In this document: positions 44,173-50,500 of the stretch, one piece after another
Position numbering within the stretch: position 1 is the stretch's first letter
How the letters are laid out: every line of letters starts with the position of its first letter
IMG/VR virus record: IMGVR_UViG_3300037245_001077
Coordinates: 32,001 to 96,000 of that record
Source: a virus
DNA: 64,000 bases
Reading direction: 5' to 3' (one strand)
The notes under the pieces: generated by a model
What the model was told of the DNA's origin: nothing
Seen by the model: the letters and a program-made list of their open reading frames with translations, nothing else
Database searches by the model: none
Made by a program: the position numbers and the translations under genes

Positions 44173-44179
44173 TTTACAC

Positions 44180-44255
44180 ACCCCCATGACGCAACTGGCA
44201 GCGTAGCTGGCTCTTAACCAGTATGTTGAAGGTTCGACTCCTTCTGGGGGTACCA
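44180..44255 (+). tRNA. tRNA-Lys(CUU)
   Basis: Loop CT-CTT-AA, CCA. Confidence 0.9.
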
Positions 44256-44258
44256 TGT

Positions 44259-44333
44259 GGGATCGTGGCGCAATGGAAGCGCAACAGGCTTTTAACCTGA
44301 ATGTTGAGAGTTCGAGTCTCTCCGGTCCCACCA
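44259..44333 (+). tRNA. tRNA-Lys(UUU)
   Basis: Loop CT-TTT-AA, CCA. Confidence 0.9.
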
Positions 44334-44365
44334 CCTTCTTCCTTCTTTATTTCTTGGGAGATGCT

Positions 44366-44599
44366 ATGACCCGAGAAGAACTTATTGAAGCCATTGTTGA
44401 AGTGATGCAGCGAAGTAAACATCCTCTAACGGGTGGTCATTTCAGTTTTCCTCCTCCTATGAAAACAAGAGCAGGGCAGTGGACAAGACGGAAGCGTTTG
44501 AGGGTTGTTTCTGGTGCTATGACAGGTAAAGACCCTAGCATAACGAAATCTATGGCTTTTGCTTCTGAAATAGCTCGAAGAAAACGAGCAAACAAATAG
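44366..44599 (+). CDS. Basic protein, MTREELIE family
   Basis: MTREELIEAIVE N-terminus. Confidence 0.8.
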   Translation: MTREELIEAIVEVMQRSKHPLTGGHFSFPPPMKTRAGQWTRRKRLRVVSGAMTGKDPSITKSMAFASEIARRKRANK

Positions 44600-44610
44600 A
44601 GGATTAAAAT

Positions 44611-44844
44611 ATGACCCGTGAAGAGATTATTGAAGCCATTATCCTTACTGAGTTCGAGCCTTTGACTATGATTGCTGCTGGTGCGGCTACTGGTTACGCG
44701 GCTAGAAAGTTGAGAAACCGTTATAGCGTTAAAGGAGCCACAGGTGCGGCTAAGAGAAGTTCGGCTATCTCGAAGGCATATGCGAAGAAGGCTGAGCGGC
44801 ATACCGCAAGGGCAAAGTTCCTTACTGCTAGAAAGAACGCATAA
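44611..44844 (+). CDS. Basic protein, MTREELIE family
   Basis: MTREEIIEAIILTE N-terminus. Confidence 0.8.
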   Translation: MTREEIIEAIILTEFEPLTMIAAGAATGYAARKLRNRYSVKGATGAAKRSSAISKAYAKKAERHTARAKFLTARKNA

Positions 44845-45944
44845 TGACCCGAGATAAGATTATTGAAGATATTGTTGAAGGCTACGTCAAAGATGTGCTC
44901 ACTTACGATTTGAGTAAGCATCATCCTAGACCCCATGAGCGCTTCCGCTTCAACAACGCAGCCCGTAAAGCCAAAGAGAAGGCACGGGAAGTGTTTAGGA
45001 ACAAAGCCAAGAGCGCACATGATACTCAACCTATTGACGTTTCCAAGTTTGTATCCAAATCTACAGCTCGTAGGGCACCGGGGATCAAAGTCCCCAAAAG
45101 CTATCGCCCTAAACTTAAGATGAGTTCAGCTAGGCGAAAGGGTCCAACCGTTCGCCAACAGCAGGGCAGAAAAGCAGTGTTGGGTGCAGCGGCAGCTATT
45201 GGTGCGGGTATGGTGGCTCATAAGGCGTACAAGTACCATAAGGCCAAAAAGAAAAGAGAGATGCGTGAAGGCTTGATTGAGGCCCTTTCTACTCATAAGG
45301 TCTACAAGGCTAGGATGTTTTCAAAGAAGCCACAATCTTATGCTAAAACAATGACTTATTGGCAAACTCCAGAACAGAAGAGTTTAAAAGCTGTTAAGAA
45401 AAAGATTCCCGTGGTTTCTTTAGAGTTAAGGAGTAAAAAGGATAAGTCTACCCATCAGGTGTCGCTTGCTCCAGATCCTCGTAAGAGGCTTTGGGGGAAA
45501 TTGGCAAAGATGCAGGGGTTTGACCCTAAATCAAAGAAAGCAACGCTTAAACGACGGGCGTTTTATCGTTTGCGTAAGAACAAGTACAAGGTTGTTGAGG
45601 GTGACCTAGGGGACTTCGCTGTAGCCCCAACCGCAGCCGTAGACGCTTCCCCGATCCATAAAGAGCAGAGGGATCGGTATTGGATGATCAAGAACCGTAA
45701 GAAGATCAAGAACATGATAGTGAAAGAGGTTTTTGACGACACCTATGGTTCGAGCGTGCTTGACCGAGCAGCACGGGTGGAAAAATCTACAAACTTTATT
45801 GCTAAGGCGAAAAAGCTTAAAAGCCTTGTTGGTAAGGCGAGAAAGCTTACTAAGGATTATGAGCTTGGTATGTACCACGGTGCGGGCAAAATGTCTAAGA
45901 TGAATATCTCTTTGGGTAACAAAAAATTTGGGAAGATAGGGTAG
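44844..45944 (+). CDS. Large basic protein, MTREELIE family, with internal copies of the motif
   Basis: MTRDKIIEDIVE; internal MREGLIEAL and RKKIKNMIVKE. Confidence 0.85.
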   Translation: MTRDKIIEDIVEGYVKDVLTYDLSKHHPRPHERFRFNNAARKAKEKAREVFRNKAKSAHDTQPIDVSKFVSKSTARRAPGIKVPKSYRPKLKMSSARRKGPTVRQQQGRKAVLGAAAAIGAGMVAHKAYKYHKAKKKREMREGLIEALSTHKVYKARMFSKKPQSYAKTMTYWQTPEQKSLKAVKKKIPVVSLELRSKKDKSTHQVSLAPDPRKRLWGKLAKMQGFDPKSKKATLKRRAFYRLRKNKYKVVEGDLGDFAVAPTAAVDASPIHKEQRDRYWMIKNRKKIKNMIVKEVFDDTYGSSVLDRAARVEKSTNFIAKAKKLKSLVGKARKLTKDYELGMYHGAGKMSKMNISLGNKKFGKIG

Positions 45945-45952
45945 GGGTTAAC

Positions 45953-46225
45953 ATGACACGCGAAGAAGTGATTGAAGCCATTGTATACGAGATGACGCAA
46001 GAGAAAAAAGATAAGTGGAAGTCTCGTGCCAAGAAAACTGCAATCGGGGCTGGTATAATTGGAGTAGGTGTTCTTGCTACGAAAGCTCCTAAAGCTAAGC
46101 GTTATCATGCTTTAGGTAAAAAGGTGTCTTCTACGGTGGATAGTAGCGCTTACAGACAAGCTTTGGTTTCTAAGAACAAATATGGATTGCATGTTGACAA
46201 ATACTATGGTTCTTCTTCTTTTTAA
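45953..46225 (+). CDS. Basic protein, MTREELIE family
   Basis: MTREEVIEAIVYE N-terminus. Confidence 0.8.
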   Translation: MTREEVIEAIVYEMTQEKKDKWKSRAKKTAIGAGIIGVGVLATKAPKAKRYHALGKKVSSTVDSSAYRQALVSKNKYGLHVDKYYGSSSF

Positions 46226-46228
46226 GGC

Positions 46229-46257
46229 TTGACAACGGTAACAAAAGATGCCATACT
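46229..46257 (+). promoter_or_regulatory. Sigma70-type promoter of tRNA operon 2
   Basis: TTGACA-N17-CATACT with an extended TG. Confidence 0.7.
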
Positions 46258-46266
46258 AAATCAGTA

Positions 46267-46326
46267 ATGAAGAATTTTCTATATACCCTCGTTGATTGTG
46301 TAGCCCACTTTGATAGTTGGCTTTAG
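46267..46326 (+). CDS. Leader peptide 2 (MKNFLYTLVDCVAHFDSWL) of tRNA operon 2
   Basis: 13 of 18 codons are F/L(CUN)/Y/V/D/C/A/H, the downstream tRNA set. Confidence 0.85.
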   Translation: MKNFLYTLVDCVAHFDSWL

Positions 46327-46377
46327 GGGGGTTTTTGTCTTTTCGTCTTTGACACCCCCTGCACAAGGGGGTTTTTT
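46325..46377 (+). terminator. Attenuator 2
   Basis: G-run at the stop codon can pair with ACCCCCT; terminator ACCCCCT-GCACA-AGGGGGT-T5. Confidence 0.85.
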
Positions 46378-46384
46378 AGTATTC

Positions 46385-46461
46385 GGGGGTGTAGTCTAGT
46401 AGAGTAAGGCCCTGGATTGTCAGTCCAGTGATCGCCGGTTCGAGTCCGGTCACTCCCGCCA
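46385..46461 (+). tRNA. tRNA-Asp(GUC)
   Basis: CTGGA-TTGTCAG-TCCAG, G73, CCA. Confidence 0.9.
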
Positions 46462-46462
46462 A

Positions 46463-46474
46463 GTTCTTTGAAAA
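46463..46474 (+). promoter_or_regulatory. boxA antitermination site
   Basis: GTTCTTTGAAAA. Confidence 0.65.
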
Positions 46475-46481
46475 TTAGTGT

Positions 46482-46566
46482 GCTGAGGTGGCGAAGTTGG
46501 TAGACGCGCTGGTCTTAGGAACCAGTGTCTTCGGGCGTGTGGGTTCGAATCCCTCCCTCAGCACCA
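46482..46566 (+). tRNA. tRNA-Leu(UAG)
   Basis: CTGGT-CTTAGGA-ACCAG, long variable arm. Confidence 0.92.
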
Positions 46567-46577
46567 AAATATCGTGT

Positions 46578-46653
46578 GGGCTGTCATGTTCCAAGGGGGC
46601 GAGGAGCACTTGCAATGCACCTGTGGAGGGTTCGATTCCCTTGCGGTCCACCA
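46578..46653 (+). tRNA. tRNA-Ala(UGC)
   Basis: G3-U70, loop CT-TGC-AA; atypical D arm. Confidence 0.78.
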
Positions 46654-46657
46654 AGTT

Positions 46658-46731
46658 GTGAGGGTAGTGTAATGGCAGCACGAGAGTTTGTGGCACTCTC
46701 AGAGCGGATTCAAATTCCGTCCCTCACCCCA
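46658..46731 (+). tRNA. tRNA-His(GUG)
   Basis: AGAGT-TTGTGGC-ACTCT, C73; position -1 is T, not G. Confidence 0.85.
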
Positions 46732-46811
46732 GTTTCGGTTTTGGGGGTCCGACACAGTGTTACAAGCTACCTCAGAGGTAGTTCAAGGGCACTCTACAAA
46801 ATCCCCATTTG

Positions 46812-46885
46812 AGGGTGGTGGCCGAGAGGCTAGGCAGGGGACTGCAAATCCTTTTACGCGGGTTCAAATCCCGCCCACCTTTCCA
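46812..46885 (+). tRNA. tRNA-Cys(GCA)
   Basis: Loop CT-GCA-AA, U73. Confidence 0.9.
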
Positions 46886-46886
46886 T

Positions 46887-46972
46887 GCCAGTATAGACCT
46901 CTATGGAGGGGGGACGGGTTGTAGCCCCGTTGTTGCAAGGCCCGCAAGGTTCGATTCCTTGTACTGGCACCA
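46887..46972 (+). tRNA. tRNA-Tyr(GUA)
   Basis: ACGGG-TTGTAGC-CCCGT, long variable arm. Confidence 0.85.
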
Positions 46973-46975
46973 TTT

Positions 46976-47051
46976 GCCTCTGTAGCTCAGGTAGTAGAGC
47001 GCGAGACTGAAGATCTCGGCGTCGGGGGTGCAAGTCCTCCTGGGGGCACCA
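46976..47051 (+). tRNA. tRNA-Phe(GAA)
   Basis: CGAGA-CTGAAGA-TCTCG. Confidence 0.9.
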
Positions 47052-47054
47052 TTT

Positions 47055-47130
47055 AGGCAGGTAGCTCAGTTGGTAGAGTTGCTGGTTTACACCCAGTCTG
47101 TCATCGGTTCGAATCCGGTCCTGCCTACCA
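47055..47130 (+). tRNA. tRNA-Val(UAC)
   Basis: Loop TT-TAC-AC, CCA. Confidence 0.9.
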
Positions 47131-47192
47131 TTCACTTTATTGTTTGGGGTATGTATGTTTCGTGAAGATTATTTTATAAAACGGGATAAAAT

Positions 47193-48068
47193 ATGACGGA
47201 TAGAAATTTAGATTATGACTATGCTGCAAAGCAACGAGATATTACTCGTGAGCAGTATGCTAAAGGAACATATATTTATGCTGGTTATAGTCCTGCAACA
47301 CCTTTAGTGTGGAATGTTGAGGATCAGCCGATTGGCTCAGGTGCTCCGGCAAACGTGTTTGACGCCTGGGGCGAGGACTTGGAGGTCCGGGCGATCCCTG
47401 TGGATGGGAAAGAGCCGCTGACGCCGTTCACCAAGGAGCTTCATGCAAAAACAGGGAACCCTGGATATCTCTATGGGCTGTACTTCACATTATTGCTCGA
47501 TGGTTTTGATATTGATTTGAATAATGGTAAATTCCGGGTTGAAATTGTGGCTCGGCATGTTGTCCCAGATCCAGAATTTCAGCCCGGTCAATACTTACAG
47601 CTTGGTGAGGACGACTATTACCCAGAATGGGATACGTGGCGCATGTTCAAAGCCGGGTTTCTTTCTGAAGAGTCCGGCGAAAGTGATGTTCAATCTTGGC
47701 ATTGGGAGTTTGGTGGTGAACTATATAATTCGTTCTATGACTACAAGGTAAACTGGGAGTTCGGAACACCAATTGTCGGATACACTATCCACCAGATCGA
47801 GGTGGATTTCCAAGCTGGCGTGTTCGAGCAACGCATCGTTGGTCATTGGGCAGGAGATCAAGGAGAGCAATCATCTTGGTGGGTTAAGGCTCCTCGCGCC
47901 GCTGAATTTCCGGCTGGAGAACAGTCAGCACAGACGCTCATATTATGGCTTCAAGATAAAAACAGCGGAGAGGCGATGGTTACTCAGCTTTGGCTTGGCC
48001 CAATTACTGACCCATTCCCAAATGGCGCGGTTTTGACATCGAATATCGGGTTTGGAAATAGTTCTTGA
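47193..48068 (+). CDS. Aromatic beta-rich protein, paralog of 52656 and 53515
   Basis: Shared C-terminal W-x-G-x3-D-x-F/W-P motif. Confidence 0.7.
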   Translation: MTDRNLDYDYAAKQRDITREQYAKGTYIYAGYSPATPLVWNVEDQPIGSGAPANVFDAWGEDLEVRAIPVDGKEPLTPFTKELHAKTGNPGYLYGLYFTLLLDGFDIDLNNGKFRVEIVARHVVPDPEFQPGQYLQLGEDDYYPEWDTWRMFKAGFLSEESGESDVQSWHWEFGGELYNSFYDYKVNWEFGTPIVGYTIHQIEVDFQAGVFEQRIVGHWAGDQGEQSSWWVKAPRAAEFPAGEQSAQTLILWLQDKNSGEAMVTQLWLGPITDPFPNGAVLTSNIGFGNSS

Positions 48069-48093
48069 CAAGCCCTTTATTGGGTGTTAGAGT
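48065..48093 (+). promoter_or_regulatory. Sigma70-type promoter of tRNA operon 3
   Basis: TTGACA-N17-TAGAGT with an extended TG. Confidence 0.7.
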
Positions 48094-48102
48094 GATTAAG
48101 TT

Positions 48103-48171
48103 ATGAAGAGATTATCCTCAAGGTTGTGGCAACAGAGCGGCTCGAATCCGAGTCGCCCAGGAGAGCTGTAA
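48103..48171 (+). CDS. Leader peptide 3 (MKRLSSRLWQQSGSNPSRPGEL) of tRNA operon 3
   Basis: 18 consecutive codons for R/L(UUR)/S/W/Q/G/N/P, the downstream tRNA set. Confidence 0.88.
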   Translation: MKRLSSRLWQQSGSNPSRPGEL

Positions 48172-48172
48172 C

Positions 48173-48236
48173 TAAGGGGTAAAGATGCCAATTCGCCCGT
48201 TCCGTTCTTACCCCCTAGTACAGTAGGGGGTTTTTT
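48173..48236 (+). terminator. Attenuator 3
   Basis: Antiterminator GGGGTAA/TTACCCC overlaps terminator ACCCCCTA-GTACAG-TAGGGGGT-T5. Confidence 0.85.
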
Positions 48237-48246
48237 ATTGATCTAA

Positions 48247-48258
48247 GTTCTTTGAAAA
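48247..48258 (+). promoter_or_regulatory. boxA antitermination site
   Basis: GTTCTTTGAAAA, identical to 46463. Confidence 0.65.
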
Positions 48259-48271
48259 CAAAAAGTTATGT

Positions 48272-48348
48272 CCGAGAATGGCGCAGTTTGGCAGCGCACT
48301 TGGTTTGGGACCAAGGTGTCGAAGGTTCAAATCCTTCTTCTCGGACCA
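48272..48348 (+). tRNA. tRNA-Pro(UGG)
   Basis: CTTGG-TTTGGGA-CCAAG. Confidence 0.92.
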
Positions 48349-48349
48349 T

Positions 48350-48434
48350 GGAAGGTACCGTCTATGGAGACAAGCGGTTTTGAACACCGTAGGCACGTGT
48401 AAGCGCGGGGGTTCGATTCCTCTACCTTCCTCCA
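48350..48434 (+). tRNA. tRNA-Ser(UGA)
   Basis: Loop TT-TGA-AC, long variable arm. Confidence 0.85.
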
Positions 48435-48444
48435 AGTTGTGTGT

Positions 48445-48519
48445 TCGGGCATGGTGTTAGTGGTAGCATACGAGGTTTCCACCCTCTGGGGCCGGGTTCG
48501 AGTCCTGGTGCCCGAACCA
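48445..48519 (+). tRNA. tRNA-Gly(UCC)
   Basis: Loop TT-TCC-AC, CCA. Confidence 0.85.
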
Positions 48520-48529
48520 AAATTTATGT

Positions 48530-48603
48530 AGGGGTATAGTGAAATGGTATCACGGCAGATTCCAGACCTGCTTTTCCGGGTTCAAATCCTGGTACCTCTG
48601 CCA
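48530..48603 (+). tRNA. tRNA-Trp(CCA)
   Basis: Loop TT-CCA-GA, G73. Confidence 0.88.
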
Positions 48604-48609
48604 AAGATT

Positions 48610-48698
48610 GGAAGGGTGGCTGAGTGGTAACAGCGCCGGGTTGCTAACCCGAGGCCGCGCTTCGGCGTGCGAGGGTTCGATCCCCTCTCCTTCCTCCA
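48610..48698 (+). tRNA. tRNA-Ser(GCU)
   Basis: Loop TT-GCT-AA, long variable arm. Confidence 0.9.
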
Positions 48699-48703
48699 AG
48701 TGT

Positions 48704-48816
48704 TGAACGGTGTGGCGTGGCAGCGTCAGGTTTTCCGTTAAGGAGATCATCCCTCCACTGCCTAATCGGAGAATGATGGGAGCTGGGTGGGGAATCCAGC
48801 CACCGTTCACTTTTTT
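48704..48816 (+). ncRNA. Unidentified structured RNA inside tRNA operon 3
   Basis: Closing stem TGAACGGTG/CACCGTTCA, internal hairpins, T6 tail; not a cloverleaf. Confidence 0.5.
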
Positions 48817-48818
48817 GA

Positions 48819-48895
48819 GGCCCTGTAGCTCAGCGAACAGAGCATATGGCTACGAACCATAGTTGTCGGGGGTTTGAATCCCTCCAGGGCTTCCA
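48819..48895 (+). tRNA. tRNA-Arg(ACG)
   Basis: TATGG-CTACGAA-CCATA. Confidence 0.88.
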
Positions 48896-48898
48896 TTT

Positions 48899-48974
48899 GC
48901 ACCCGTGGTCTAATGGCAAAGGCACTGCGTTTCTACCGCAGCAGATGTGGGTTCGACTCCTACCGGGTGTTCCA
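48899..48974 (+). tRNA. tRNA-Arg(UCU)
   Basis: CTGCG-TTTCTAC-CGCAG. Confidence 0.88.
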
Positions 48975-48984
48975 AAACTTATTC

Positions 48985-49063
48985 GGCACGGTAGCTTAGC
49001 ATGGCCTAAAGCAGTAGTTTGTTAAACTAATGATCGTAGGTTCAAATCCTACCTGTGCCGCCA
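48985..49063 (+). tRNA. tRNA-Asn(GUU)
   Basis: Loop TT-GTT-AA, G73. Confidence 0.88.
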
Positions 49064-49069
49064 AATTTT

Positions 49070-49156
49070 GCTGGAGTGGCTGGAATTGGTATACGCAGGG
49101 GACTTAAAATCCCTGGCCGAAAGGTCGTGTGGGTTCGACTCCCACCTCCAGCACCA
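49070..49156 (+). tRNA. tRNA-Leu(UAA)
   Basis: Loop CT-TAA-AA, long variable arm. Confidence 0.92.
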
Positions 49157-49161
49157 GCTAT

Positions 49162-49238
49162 GCCGCTCTGGGCCAATTGGTAGAGTCGGGGGTCTCAAAA
49201 GCCCTTTGTTCCGAGTTCGAATCTCGGGGGCGGCACCA
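49162..49238 (+). tRNA. tRNA-Leu(CAA), short variable loop
   Basis: Loop CT-CAA-AA, A73, 5-nt variable loop. Confidence 0.82.
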
Positions 49239-49241
49239 TTT

Positions 49242-49317
49242 AGCGGAGTAGCTCAATTGGTAGAGCACTGGACTCTGAATTCAGTTGTTGTAGGTTCAAA
49301 CCCTACCTCCGCTGCCA
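49242..49317 (+). tRNA. tRNA-Gln(CUG)
   Basis: Loop CT-CTG-AA. Confidence 0.88.
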
Positions 49318-49392
49318 TTTTGATTGCAGAAACTGACACTTTTTGGTAGGTTACGCGAATGAAAAGCACTGTTTGTGGTCATAATGACTACT

Positions 49393-49468
49393 AGGGGAGT
49401 AGCTCAATTGGTGGAGCAACAGGCTTTGAACCTGTTGGATGTGAGTTCGAACCTCACCTCCCCTTCCA
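49393..49468 (+). tRNA. tRNA-Gln(UUG)
   Basis: ACAGG-CTTTGAA-CCTGT. Confidence 0.88.
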
Positions 49469-49497
49469 TGTATACTTTATTGAAGGCCATGTGTGCT

Positions 49498-49677
49498 ATG
49501 GACACTTTTATCGTTTTGCTAATTGGGGTTGTCGCTTTGATAGCGATTGCTATGGGGTTGAGTGACCGATACTCTCCTCCTTGTCCGAAATGTGGAAAGG
49601 GTCTTAAGATTCTAGGAGCAGACTATCTATGTATCTCGTGTGACAGGGTTTACTCAGAGGATGAAATTCCAACTTAG
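49498..49677 (+). CDS. Small TM plus zinc-ribbon protein
   Basis: TM helix then CPKC...CISC; start codon uncertain. Confidence 0.5.
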   Translation: MDTFIVLLIGVVALIAIAMGLSDRYSPPCPKCGKGLKILGADYLCISCDRVYSEDEIPT

Positions 49678-49693
49678 TTGTGGCTGCAAAGGC

Positions 49694-49722
49694 TTGACAA
49701 ACAACCCTACACCATCTATGAT
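49694..49722 (+). promoter_or_regulatory. Sigma70-type promoter
   Basis: TTGACA-N17-TATGAT. Confidence 0.7.
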
Positions 49723-49810
49723 TCTAGTGCTATGACAACTGGAATTCTTCACCAATCTATTCATTTGCCCGCCTCTTTAGGTGGGCCTTGCTGTTTAAGG
49801 AGGAAAAACA

Positions 49811-50194
49811 ATGAAGTTGTATGTTTTGTTTGAGCAACCGGATGAAACGTATCCGGGGCAGTATGCGCCGTTAGCCGTTACGGTACTCGATGAGTACACT
49901 GTGGATAATTCCGGAAGATCGCTTCACGAGGCTCAGGAGGCAGAACTTGCTCGTCTTTCTATGAAGGAAGGGTTTGATCCTACAGATGCTAAGTGGGCCT
50001 GGGTTGAGGTGGATCTTGGTGTGACTGAACAGTTGATCCGAGATGCTATTCTTCAGCCTGCCCTCGCTGTCCAAGGTGTAGTAGCAGTTCCGGCTGCTCC
50101 TCAAGGGCAGAAACACCCTTCTTATCAGGCCATTACCGTGACTAGAGGAAGGCCAGGAGCAGGAAGAATTGTTGACGATGAAATTGTGGAGTAA
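49811..50194 (+). CDS. Hypothetical protein
   Basis: AAGGAGG SD. Confidence 0.75.
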   Translation: MKLYVLFEQPDETYPGQYAPLAVTVLDEYTVDNSGRSLHEAQEAELARLSMKEGFDPTDAKWAWVEVDLGVTEQLIRDAILQPALAVQGVVAVPAAPQGQKHPSYQAITVTRGRPGAGRIVDDEIVE

Positions 50195-50197
50195 CCC

Positions 50198-50500
50198 ATG
50201 CCCAAGTATAAACGTTATGGGTATGTGGTGGTGGAAAGGTTCTCAAAGCCTTTCGGATTAGTGGCATGTACAAATGTTGGCTTTCACCTTAATCCCCAAA
50301 AAGCGCAGGAACAGGTTGATGCTATAATCGAGTCCGCTGGAGAGGGTAAAGTCGTTGCAGATGAAACAGTTACAGGCAAAGACGATTTTGTCCCCTCTAT
50401 CCGTCGTCATGTCTTAATTGAATACCCTGGTCACGAGACTCTCCAGGTTCTCATCCAGCGATGGTATGTGGAGGTTGGGAGAGATCGCCATGGGGGATAG
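50198..50500 (+). CDS. Hypothetical protein
   Basis: GGAG SD. Confidence 0.65.
   Translation: MPKYKRYGYVVVERFSKPFGLVACTNVGFHLNPQKAQEQVDAIIESAGEGKVVADETVTGKDDFVPSIRRHVLIEYPGHETLQVLIQRWYVEVGRDRHGG

Noticed and set aside
48704-48816. tRNA-Sec
   Set aside because: No UCA anticodon arm, T-loop or CCA end.
43937-49677. ORF-track ORFs overlapping tRNAs (e.g. 43937-44173, 46525-46812, 46854-47135, 48278-48460, 49068-49349)
   Set aside because: Spurious translations of tRNA genes.
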